DNA of 62,283 nucleotides, filler included, from Sphacelaria rigidula (Eukaryota), in NCBI GenBank assembly GCA_964200075.2. It is 8 parts of 8 records of this genome, joined end to end, with 100 filler letters (N's around TTAATTAATTAA, not from the genome) between each part and the next. Parts side by side here need not be neighbours in the genome. Positions count along the whole stretch, not along the records: positions 7,800 to 15,498 come from CAXNAA020013752.1; positions 15,599 to 23,296 come from CAXNAA020013753.1; 6 more parts are not named here. One strand, written 5' to 3'. Under the pieces are notes generated by a model. It was not told the DNA's origin. It made no database searches and saw nothing but the letters and a program-made list of their open reading frames with translations. Positions 11,548 through 23,296 of this stretch are shown here, piece after piece (positions within the stretch are counted from its first letter, which is position 1; every line of letters begins with the position of its first letter). The position numbers were made by a program, and so were the translations under genes.

Positions 11548-13637
11548 CCGCAACCGAATGGCCTCGGCCTCCGCCGCTCGCGCCTTCGCAGCAGCAAGGG
11601 AAACTGGCGACGGCTCATCACCATCAGTGCACTTGATGGCTGGTTCGGAAGCCGGACGTCGCATGAAGCGCTCGGGAGTATGCCGCCCACCGTCTCCGCC
11701 GCCGACGGTGGTGCTAGCAGTCGCGTAGACGGAATCGGGTACGTCGCTGGATCTTGTCGCATAATACAGCTCCTCGTCGTCGCTGTGGTCTGCCTCATCT
11801 CCGTCTCTCAAGCCGCTCGCCCGCAACGCTCCGTCAATCTCCTCCTCGGGGGCCAGCGGACCGTGACCCGAAACCTCGGCGTACTCCGGCCCTTCCTCGT
11901 GCTCCGCGTCAACCCTTCCATCCAACGACAGGCTGGACCCCGCAGGTATGGTCGATAAATCCCGACAGTGCAGCCTCGATCGATCTCCCACACCACCACG
12001 ACCATCGAGACTTCTGCTGCTACTCCTACGAACCCTCGAAGTTTCCGGAGACACACCCCGTCCCTTGTCACCCCGACTACTGCCTGGCGTCACACCGCCC
12101 TCAGCGCCGTTCTTCCCCAAGGCTCTGCCCCGACCAGAGCCCTCTCTTCGACCCCGGCCGCCGAGCCTGTCATCTTCCCCGACGAGGTCACTGCGGGTGC
12201 TGTGGTAAATGCTGTTGGTATCATTGGGAAACGCCTCTTCTGTGGTCGTGGATCCGGAACCTACGCTGCCGCACGACCCTCCCTCCCCCTCCCCCGTTGC
12301 GGGGGCCGACGACATGTCAGCCACCTCCTGGATTTGAATTGGCGGTACATTGAAGCCTCCCACCGCGATCGATCGTTTGGGGGGAGGTCCGCCATGATTC
12401 AAGTTATTCTCGACGTGCGCACTGCTTTGAGTCGGCCAAAGAGCACAGGGAGAGGGATGGGGTGGGGTGGGGTGGGGTGGGGGCAGTGACGGAAATGGTT
12501 GGGAGCAAGAGGAACGGCATTGCGAAGACAACACAGGAAACAGAACCGCACACGAGATAACAGAGAGATAAACGTACGGGCCGAGAAGGAGAGCGGGAGG
12601 CAGACAGAGAGACAACCACGACACGACTAAGTAAGGTACAACGCCAAAAATGTAGTGTGCAGAACACAAAACACAACGAGAAAAATGGGTACCTGGAAAA
12701 TAGGGGCCGAGAACGAGAAACTCGAAACAAGCGAATAAACAAACGAACGGGCTCTACTCGAAGAAAAAAATAATAATACTGCCGCGGTCACCACCCACGT
12801 GAAACGAGAAGATCCGTGTCCGCTGGCGCTGCTGTCATGCCGTGACGTGTTCGGCGTCGAAGACCATGACATCTTTCGAGGCATGTCCTCGACTCCTCCG
12901 TTGCTGCTAGCGGCGCCGGTACTGCGTATCGACGCCGACGGCAGCGGGGAAGTGGTCCGGGCAACACTAGCGGGAGATGTAGCGGACGAGTCCGTCGGAG
13001 CAATCGTCGTTCTGCGATGTTTCTTTCCAAACACTAGGTTTTGGACCATCGAATCAACCATGGCCGCCTTACCACTGCAGGACAAGTGTCACAACGGGGC
13101 GTGCGGGAGGCGTAGGGGCAAAGATGGGAAGTCACGTCCTCCCTTATCCAACATGCGCGTGAAAGCTGCAGATGTGTACATTACGACAACCCTCCAAATG
13201 AAGCTAAACACTAGACCTTACAGCATAAAAAAATAAACGGCAAGACACGCAGCCGAGAAAAAAGTCAGACCACGCAAAAACACATCGTCCAAAGATTCCC
13301 CTCCTCCTCCTTCCCGAGCATCGACGCCAACTCACGAGGTCCCGGTCGGTTTTCCCGCGCGCCACTTAGGCACCGGACTCAAAATTACGCCACCGTTATC
13401 CAACTCCCCGTCACCCTCCGCGTCGCCGTGCCCGTGGTGCCTGTGGACATGTCTGTCGGACTCGCTATGGCCAACGGATTCATGCGGCCCAGGCTCTCTC
13501 CCTTCTCCCACAGCCCCGGGTATCGCAGGGCGGTACTCGGGTAAGGACTGCCCACGGCCAAAAACCACTACTCGCCGATCCAGGGTGACCTGAAGCACTA
13601 AACCACCGCTGCTTTCTATAAAATCTCCCATCAAATT
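11548..13637 (-). CDS. Partial multi-exon gene, low-complexity Ser/Gly/Asp-rich unknown protein; exons 13336-13637, 12799-13074, 11548-12421
   Basis: Three open exons with pyrimidine-tract CAG acceptors and GT donors; phases join in frame (TC|T, AC|T); the last exon ends at CGG|GTAAGG. Confidence 0.6.
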
Positions 13638-15598
13638 CTGCATCGTGAAAAACGTTGCGATCGGGCAGCAGGGGCCGCGAAAAAGACGAGTGCCGGGCGA
13701 GAGAAGGGCACGGGCAAAGAAAAACGGAGAGGGGGAATAATATTAAGTCGTGAAAGCACTTTTCAACTTGGGACGACAGTGGAGGATGGTGAGGGGTACT
13801 CATGCTACATGTGCCGTACTGTAGCCGTTGGTCCTGAAGTTGACGGGGCCTTGACACGAAGCGCAACTCCGTCAGAGAAGGCGTGCACTCACTCGATCAT
13901 ATCGTCATCTTCCAAACCAGTGGACCCGGCACCCCTAAGGCATGGGCAAGACCGAGCGATACGCCAGGTTTTTTGCGGGCCCGAACCCTGACTGTAACCT
14001 CAACGGTGAACCCTCGGGTCACAAAGGAGGGTCCACTCCAGAGACAGTCACAGTACTAAGAAAATGTTGCTGTGGGCAGTGGGAGTCAAACGCGCCGATA
14101 CACGGCGCCGTAACCAACACTTCGGGCGTTGCGAATTGGCCCGAACGGGTGGAATTGGTGACCCTGACATCGTCATGAAAAAGTACAGCCCCGAAGGTAG
14201 ATCGTGTTCAGTGGAAAGCGACCGACGCTGGATATTTCATATCATCGTGTAGTCGCTGATGTAATCGCTGATAAAATAAGGTCGCATGTTTTGTTGTTGT
14301 TGCTGTTGTTGTTTTCACAGTAAAGATTGTTCCGATATCTGTGCAGTACTTACTTATGTACCAGTGCGTACGGTAGAGCAGCAGCAAGCAGTACAATGAG
14401 TAAACGAAAAGAGGGGGGACGTACACTCGAGAGACTGAGTGACATGCGTGCAGGATCAAACACGCTCGAAGTGTACCAGCCCTTCCCCGAAAGTACCACG
14501 GCTGTTGTGAAAACATAGATACGAGGAGAGGGCGCATGCTGTTTGCATTAATCGCAGAAGTGGCGGCTGCCAGCGTGCGCAACTTGCAAAACCACAAGAG
14601 TATGTACCCCATGAGAACTGAAAACTGCCCACCGAAGACATCCATACCGACTCAGCATGCACTCGACTCACGGCGCAAAACCGATCAGGGATTCTTCGGG
14701 ACTGTTGTCTGTATTATACCAAACATGCGCGTTTTCTCTGAAAAAAGGCGTCTTGCCTCTCGAGAAAAAACAGCTTTTCTAAGCTCTAAGTCTGGGATGG
14801 TTCATCCGAAGTCACCTGCGGGGGGTTCACAGCCTAAGGGTTAAGGCCGGCCAGACTCACTGTCGGCCAAATTCAATATCATAAGGCCCACTCTTTCCGC
14901 CAGCCCATATCGACCTTTCTTCACCCTTCGCCCGTGAGGGTGGTGCCGCAGTCAATCTGCTGGGGTCGACGTTATTTCCTCTTAGAAAAATAAGAGGAAG
15001 TAAGGGGGTAGCTTCAATAGATTCAAACGTTGGACAACTCAACTCGAGTTAACTCGAGTTATCTCTTTCCCCCATAACTCATCAGCGAGTTGTCGTAACA
15101 GAACTCAGCCGTGGATTTTTTGGCCGGGTGAGTAGTACGACATACATCATCGGTGCATATTGTTGCGGCGTGAGTTACACGACGTTACTCGTCGGTGCAC
15201 AATCTGGTCGGGAGAGTTATGTAACATAATTAACTCATCGATGCGTATATATATACATATATTCTCACACTTTGAACCCCTCCCCTTCCTCGGGATGAGT
15301 CCGTAATCTCAAGGGATCCACCCATCTCTCCCCAGATACGTGCCTTTCATTTCGATCTCGCGGACTGGATCAGCACTCCCGCACCGCGTCAACTCACGTC
15401 ACACAATCCCAGTCGACTACTTTTGATTACACACGATCTCAAGCTTCCCACGGAGGAAACCATACAACACTAAGAAAAAAACCAACACATCGGGACTCNN
15501 NNNNNNNNNNNNNNNNNNNNNNNNNNNNNNNNNNNNNNNNNNTTAATTAATTAANNNNNNNNNNNNNNNNNNNNNNNNNNNNNNNNNNNNNNNNNNNN

Positions 15599-15705
15599 GG
15601 AACTAAATACAAGCGCAACTCAAGTGTGGAAGGATGTCTGACACACCTATGAGCCTCTTTTTTCGTGCAACTAAATACCCCCCCCCCCATATCGTAGGAT
15701 GACTC
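15599..15705. mobile_element. Terminus of a repeated element ending (C)n-ATATCGTAGGATGACTC
   Basis: Near-identical to 54588-54663; an inverted version starts at 62177. Confidence 0.65.
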
Positions 15706-17985
15706 TTGAGGGCATTATACTGATACCTGAAAATCGATTATTTCCCTCAACTCACGCAAAGAAGAAAAAATCTTCGGGTACAGATGTAATTCTAGTTATT
15801 GTGCCGTACTCATTGCCCATACGAAATTTCAGGGCCGAACTCCAAATATTGTCCGACAAGTAAGCCGTTTGGTATCGGGGTCGGTAGAAATTTCGGAACA
15901 GTATTTTGCAGGCCACTTACCGGCCCGCGTTCGGTGTTCGTGTATTGAAATTTCGTGGGGTACCTCGCGGGGGCATAGTGAACCAAATAAAGTAGATCAC
16001 GTTGGTATTTACTTACTCTTCCCACTGGTTTAGGGCGTTTTAGTATGGTAACGACCATTTTATTACGAGAACACAAGAACCTCTCCAAAAACAATTGTTG
16101 GGGCACATTTTTTTTCCATTCAGCATACCTCTGTGGTTCTCGATGCTGTGTTTTCAATTACTATTCCCAAAGTTGAGCTAAAAATGAGACACAGCTGAAG
16201 AACGGTGTTCATTAATCCTCAAAACTGCCCTCAAACACTGAAAAAAATGAAAAAACGAAGAAAAAAAATTGAAAAAGCTGTTTTGATCAACTTTTTTATG
16301 CACCACGAGCTGGGACGGCCATCAGTGATTTTTTAACGAAGAGTGGAGATGCGTTTGGCAATTCGAAGAATTACGTGCTGAAATTTTGACCCAATACTTT
16401 TATTATCAATCCGCGCAACCCTCCGAGTGGTGCAGAGGGAATTTAAAAAAAAAACGGGAAGTTGGAGCGAGATGAAGTTTCAGCAAAAACTGGAAAAATG
16501 CTATAACTTCCTCGGAAAAAGTTGAAAATGATGACAACGCTCCGGTACATACGGGCACTCGCGTCAACCACATCCTCGTGAAGGTTCAGCCAAAAAAACG
16601 TAACATTGGGGCTCGCGTCGCACTTCTTGAGCGACCCCGGTGGTTAAACTGATACTAAGGCCTCAAATTACACAGGTCAAGAGCTCGAATCCCGACAGGA
16701 CCACTTTTCTTCTTGTGAAGCCCGTCATATGACGTGGTTCCCGTCGTTGACGTTCTTTTCACGCCGAATAATCTCCCTTTAGTTGGCAGAGGTGATTGTT
16801 GCACTTTCGTAAGACTCCTCGTCCGAAACATTTACAAAGCGGTCTTTTTCGCGTCAGGGTGGCTTCGGCTTTTTCTTGCGGGCCTATCTGAAGCACCCGT
16901 CCGCCTCTGAGGAGGCCCCAGTACAGAAATGCACAATCAGCCCTCTTCCCATCCCCCCCAAGTATAGCGCAGTTTCAAGTAGTACTTCCCCCTCGTACGA
17001 TCATGTATGACAGACGGCTCGGAGGTTCTTTGCCATAATGGAGCTGTTGACGACCTTGATGCCATCTTGCAGCAGTACAGTACCAGTGAGTCTGCTTTCC
17101 GCTGCACATGTCGGGTGTTTGCGTGCCTGTATGGGGGAATTTAATATCGTGAATTCACCGCACTTTGTTAAACGAAACGTCTCCAGACACATTATCGCAA
17201 AAGGAATTGGGACGTACTCGGTACTCAATGCAGTACAATAACGTCATCGACAAAAGTGTACCAATCGAGCAGCGGCGGTGCCATATGTTACCAGGTTAGT
17301 ATGCAGTTCACAGCGATACGTTCAGGTCGTGCTGATTTGAGAAACTTCAAGAGTTGTGGTAACGACAGATAATGCGAGGTTTACTGCCGGCCCAGCTCGT
17401 AGCGGTTCTCCCTACGAAGTTTCATAGCATGACTCTTAGAAACTGAAACCCGATATCCAGATTTAGTTCATCTAGTGCCTCTGCTCGTAATATAATAATT
17501 CTAGTATGGAAACTCATGTGCGTCATGCCATATCTCGAGATAGATTACGAATTAGGTAAACGTGAGGTATCTAATGTCTCCCCGTGCTCCAGCGAATATC
17601 CGCACCAAAAATCGTCATCCGCTGAATGTGTCGATCGGGGTTTCATGGAGACTTTAGTAAGGACGCTATCTCCGTTAGGTATAGGAATTACTAGACATGG
17701 GGTTTAATCAAAGAGATAATATTGGCCCAGACTTTCGAGCAGATGGGTACCTTTCCCTTGATTAGACAATCAACACAAAATGCGGATCATGGCCCAACTC
17801 GTCTGTGTCGATGAGATTTTGTACTGGGAGCTTAAATCCGACTCCCTCCATTGTAGCTGCCGTCCCTACTGCTGCTGCTGCTGCTGCTTTCATACCAACA
17901 TGTCCATGAATACAATTCACGCATCACCATTAACTAGTGACACATCACCCACCTCACGATACACACATACACGTCGAGTCCTCAC

Positions 17986-20900
17986 CGGCTTTATCGAGCA
18001 GGAGGTTTTCGGGCTTGATATCCCTGTGGATGACGTTCAGCCCGTGCAAATACTGGAGTGCCCTAACCAGCTGATAGATATACCTCGCGGCCACATCCTC
18101 GCTGAATCGACCTCCCGGCTGAGTCTTCATTGTGCGATACAGCTCTCCCTTTCGAGCATACTCCATCACGATGAAGATGCTATTATATCACGTCGTACGT
18201 TCCCGTTTCAAAATAGTTGAGGGCGCGAGCGGGGCGGCGGTTCAAACCATGACAACAGCTTGACGTTAGGATGAAACGGAGGCTTGATGCACCTTTTTTT
18301 TCCGACAGCCAGGCGTGTCCAACCGGCGATATATCATTTCATCATAAATTGAAAACTGATGAGGCAGATTCTTGATCCACTTACTTCGAAAACCGGGCGT
18401 GTCCAATCCATCAATGCAGCTTGAATCGGTACCGCCTCCACGTAGTAAAATGACGGCCGCAACCACCTACACATCGATCTATCTGCCGGCGCCGACAACA
18501 GTGTGATTGATCTCATCCAATGCCATGTGCATGTCGACACAGCGATTCACGACAATTAATTTCCAGATTATCAACTACATTACTACGACCCAACCGACCA
18601 AACCGCTTCCTTCATCGATTCGCAGAGAGGAGAGTAAGGGGGGCCGTAAACTTCCCCGCGTACACGACCCCCCCTTTGACTCACCGCTTCTCGTCGTAGA
18701 AGTATCCGTAACAGCGGACGATGTTGGGACAGCCCGACCCATAGTTCACATGGATGTCGATCTCAGATTTCACCTGGTGATACACGCCGGCTGCCTGTTT
18801 GCGGGCAATGGAGTAAAAACGTGAAGAAAGAGGGAGATGACGAGTTGACCTACGGACAATAGCTCAGCACATCGCACTGAAAAAAATAATGCTGGACACA
18901 AAACAATGACAAAAAAAAATACGAGTACAAGCTATGAGAGTATCCTTCTCGTAGTCTGGCGATCATGTACCCTCTATGCTGTGCCACATGGTATGTAACA
19001 AGAAAATAAAATATGAATGAAAAGAACAATGAAATAAAAAAATAAAAAGAAGAGGAAAAAGGAAACTAAATTATCATGCTATATTTCATCTGTACGACGT
19101 GCACCAGACACGAACACATGCACCAATCTACGAAATAGAATTTCGATTTCTTCCGGGAAAATGCTTCCGTTTACCATAACATATCGTGTGTACTTGTGTA
19201 CAGCCCCTGGGTGATGACTTTGTCCGACCACTGAATCAGGTACCCCTATATAACGCCGTTATATAAGGTACACTGGTGTGCTGCCAAAAGTAGCGTAACA
19301 TATTTCCCATGGGGTTCTGTGTGATGTGGGTGATATATTACGTACGGGTCTCATGGGTCGTTTTGTGCGGTACATACCGTGCGAGACACACGTGTATTTG
19401 TCAGCATTTTTCTTCGGGCCCTGTGATGCCTTCATTAACCATAGGGTACGTTGATCTAGGGATCACGGCTACATTCACCGCGGACCACTTTGTGCGAGAC
19501 GATCGATCTGAAGATGAATCGATGGGCTTGGTTAATCCCATACATAAGTACAAAAGCAGCAGCAGCAGCAGTAGCAACAGCAAGTCAACTGTACCTCGAG
19601 GTCTTTTTTTAGCATAATCTTGAGAGCCAAGACCTTCATCGAAGCCTTTTCTCGCGCGAGGTACACGTTTCCTGCAAAAATCAACCGTAGCGGTAAGAAA
19701 CACGGGACAAAAGCACCGCCGAATACGTAACAACCGATCAAAATGAGGTGAAGTACTCTACAGTATACACAGCAACGATCAGTCGACACAAACGATTTTG
19801 CGACATTTCACACCACGGCACTAGATGTCAACCTTGACGCTTTTAGAAGTCGCACCCTCCATCGCCAAAACAAGGCAACTCCCGGATACAGTAATGACAT
19901 ATACACCAGGTCATACGGAGAGAGAAAAAAGACAAAGAAACGAAAATCACTGCGCGCACGACCAATTGCTGGAACTTGAAAACCGCTCTAGATTTATTCT
20001 TCCCGTCACTACTTCGAACGTCTTCCGTGTATTGATAATAGAAATCTCGTGTCGAAATTGCAGCGTCCACCTGCCAACCGCGAACAGAAACCGTTGCCCA
20101 GCCCACCTCATTAAGCTTGTTTGGGAAAAAACACAACGACAGACGACAGAATCACTCGTCGTCTGCCCCCTCGACAGACTCGACAGAGCAAGCTAACAAG
20201 CAAGCGCAACAACGGCTGCACTCTTCTCGACATTCCCCCACCGCGTGCACATGCGCCACATATCACTGCCGAGCATCCTACTCCGGACGCTGATCCATTT
20301 GACGTGCAGACCTCCGTATGTCTGCGGCGTGCCGAGTGCGTGTGTTTGCGATGGACATCGACTCTCTACCTCAACTACACACAAAGGAACGGGACACGTG
20401 AAGCAAACGATACCAACAAAAACAAGAAACACGCACACCAAAAATTCGTCTTCATAGTCGACGAGGTAAAGGAACTGCTGAACCGCTCTCGCGATAAAAA
20501 ATAAAAGGCAAGCACCGCAGAAGACATGTGGGGAACTAAAACAAACAAAAAAAAACTCCGGTGTGACCTCGGATGGTTGGCCCACATCTGCCGAAAGGTA
20601 TAGACTGGCGTACAGAAAAAAAATGGTATGACAACACACACACCAACACTGGGAAAAATTTCGGCCAAATCCGTGAATGCTCACCGAAGCGTCCCTTCCC
20701 GATCGGCTTCCCCATCGTGAAGCACGACAAATTCCACCGTTTCCCCGTAAGACTTGAGCCTCCGGTTGGCTTCGACAGTGTGGTGTGAAACCTTTTTTTT
20801 TCGTGGGACGATGGCTGTGCCTGCGATCTCGACTGCGGGACGTGCGTCCGTAGAGAACCACGAAAACACGCGTGAAGAAAAAAATGCAATTATTCACCGG

Positions 20901-21535
20901 AAAAAAGTGAGTCAATATTTCCGACACTGCTTATTACTGAGAAAAATAATCAAGGGTCTACACCTTACACTCGTCACGTGTCACGTTTCACGTCAAAAGT
21001 TAAGCCAGGCTGGTACTACGGTGGGGGACGGCGACCACGTCGGGGGCCTTGTTCAAAAGTCGAGTCAAATCAGGGGTCCTCACGTGGTACCCCAGCTTTG
21101 TACTAGCCTGGCTTAGCATTTGACGACTTTTGACGAGTAACGTAAACGAAACGATTACAACGTGTGGACCCTTAAAAAAAATGCGTCCAGCGGGCTGGGT
21201 AGTGTATTGCGCAGCGTCCCTTGTTGATAACTGAGAATTGATTTTGATCGGTTTTCGCACACCAGTCTACCGATCTGCCTGGGAGCGCAGCGGTGAGCAC
21301 AACATAATAATACGGTATACCAGAGTAGAAAAAAAATGTTGAAAAAACGACCATCAGGAAAAAAACTCGACAAAAAAGGGGGCGGGGGAAGCGACAACGA
21401 AAAAATAATGGAACGACTATAGAATGACCACTACAGACGCAGTCCCTTGTCGCTGAACTCACGCATGCACCATGCACAAACACCATTACTACTACTACTA
21501 CTGCTCATACTTACTGCTGGCTTCGTTTCGTGCAT
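17986..21535 (-). CDS. Aurora-family Ser/Thr kinase, 5' part; exons 21515-21535, 20685-20820 (or 20832), 19595-19671, 18685-18794, 17986-18179; DFG and C-lobe exons not found in the contig
   Basis: Spliced translation: [58 protein letters not shown]...[29 protein letters not shown]...[17 protein letters not shown]. All junctions are GT-AG and phase-compatible. The first exon (MHETKPA) is less certain. Confidence 0.93.
20435..20645 (+). mobile_element. Body and 3' end of the tRNA-derived SINE family A (intronic in the kinase gene)
   Basis: CTCTCGCGATAAAAAATAA..GCACCGCAGAAG..TAGACTGGCG..ACACAC is shared with 44840-45063. Confidence 0.7.
20954..21171. mobile_element. Hairpin-forming MITE-like element
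   Basis: Termini GGGTCTACAC / GTGTGGACCC; inner arms TAAGCCAGGCTGGTAC / GTACTAGCCTGGCTTA; no clean TSD. Confidence 0.6.
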
Positions 21536-22304
21536 GATTGTTTTGTGCGGTGCGTGCGCGAGTGCGAGGCCAACAGAAAAAAGTCCGAGTGCCTTCTGTG
21601 CCACCGATAGGATGCGTCAAGAATGGGACAGCATATATCAGCATACTTCCTCTGTGCCAGGAGTGAAGGTCCTTTTTGGCGTTTAATCCTTTGGGTATTT
21701 CAACGTTGACGACCATCCTATGGTTGGGTTCGTTAGAGAGGTCAAGCGCAGACGAAGCTGATGAAAAAAAATAAAAAATAAAAATGTTTACTTCGTCACT
21801 GAAATGAGGTCGACATATACCCCCATTTTGATCCTCTTTGATTCATTTCCACCCTCGTCTCTGAGCGGTTTTGGATATTTTCACGTCGAGCATTAGCAGT
21901 TACATGCTGACAAAATGTTGTATGGGGCGTGCGTAGGTTGACATCACGGACACGCCCAAAATCAGCGGTGATTACGCAATTTTCACATTTTCTGGCCCAT
22001 TTTCGCGATTTTTCGTGTCCCCGCGTCTCTCATGCTTTTCTGGGGAAAACGAGCGAAGAATGGTCGTTTTTGGACCGACTTATTTTTTCTCGGCCGCGCG
22101 GCTGCATGGGTCAACCATCCACGTCGTGAAAAGAATGTTGGTCTGAGCTCAAAAAAATGCCGACGAATGCAGTGAAAAGATCGAAAATCAAGTATCACAC
22201 CGCTAAGGGTCCGTGCAATCATAGCGACCTTTACTCATGGCACCGAGGCAGTATATACTGAGGTTCCCGGTATAGTGCAACGAGCCACTCGCCTGGCATA
22301 AATG

Positions 22305-22970
22305 CAAGGGTACGTCGAGTAGAGTGTGTACTCTTGAGTACTGGAGTAAGATACTCAAGTATTTACTCTACNNNNNNNNNNAGGTCGAGTATGGCCTCAA
22401 ATACTCTACTCAGATGTTGAGTACGCACTCTCAGTAATACTTGAGTATAGCGTATCACTTGAGTACGACCTCAATACTCTACTTTTCAAATTTCGAGTAG
22501 GTTGAGTATGGTCTCAAATGCTCTACTCGAATTTTGAGTAGGTGTACGGCCTCCAATACTCTACTCAAGTTTTGAGTAGGGTTGAGTATGGTCTCATATA
22601 CTTTACTCGAATTTTGAGTAGGTCGAGTACGGTCTCCAATACTCTACTCAAATTTCGAGTAGGTTGAGTACGGTCTCAAATACTCTACTCGAATTTTGAG
22701 TAGGGTTGAGTATGGTCTCAAATACTCTACTCAAATTTCGAGTGGGTTGAGTACGGTCCCAAATACTCTACTCGAATTTTGAGTAGGGTTGAGTATGGTC
22801 TCAAATACTCTACTCGAATTTTGAGTAGGTCGAGTATGGTCTCAAATACACTACTCAAATTTTGAGTACGTTGAGTACGGCTTCCAATACTCTACTCAAA
22901 TTTCGAATACTAAGAGTATGACTCTTCAAAAATACTGAGTGTTGAGTATACTCTACTCGACCTCCTCTTC
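22305..22970. mobile_element. hAT-type MITE filled with a 40-41-bp tandem repeat
   Basis: Exact 8-bp TSD CATAAATG (22297-22304, 22971-22978); TIR core GTCGAGTAGAGT / ACTCTACTCGAC; internal unit GGTTGAGTATGGTCTCAAATACTCTACTCGAATTTTGAGTA about 10 times; contains a 10-N gap. Confidence 0.85.
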
Positions 22971-23239
22971 CATAAATGCACTATGCGGGGATCTCGGACT
23001 TCACTAAAGTACAATTACTTGGAGCAAGCGATTTTGACCCTACCATACTGTGGCGGGATCTCTGTATATGCACATATACTTCACTATCCGATTAATTGAG
23101 TGTCGCACTTTCAATGATCCCCCAGGTAGTCATGATCCAGCCGTGGTCATTATCCACATGATGGACGTACCCGACACACAACAAAACCAAAACATTCGCT
23201 GAAGAAAAGTGAAGAAAACGGAAAAGGTAGGATAGACAA

Positions 23240-23296
23240 GGTGTGTTGTTGTGTGTTGTCGTCCCATTTATTCTGGGCACCAGTCTACACCTTTCG
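23240..23296 (-). mobile_element. 3' end of SINE family A at the contig end
   Basis: GTGTTGTCGTCCCATTTATTCTGGGC.CCAGTCTACACCTTTCG is nearly identical to 54415-54487 and the reverse complement of 45015-45063. Confidence 0.7.

Noticed and set aside
13893..14267. Selenoprotein or readthrough exon (three in-frame TGA in one frame)
   Set aside because: All frames contain stops, that frame's phase does not match the next exon, and there is no redox motif or recognisable SECIS.
22470..22910. CRISPR-like array (palindromic repeats of about 40 bp)
   Set aside because: Units are head-to-tail with no unique spacers, no cas genes, and lie inside a TSD-flanked MITE in eukaryotic DNA.
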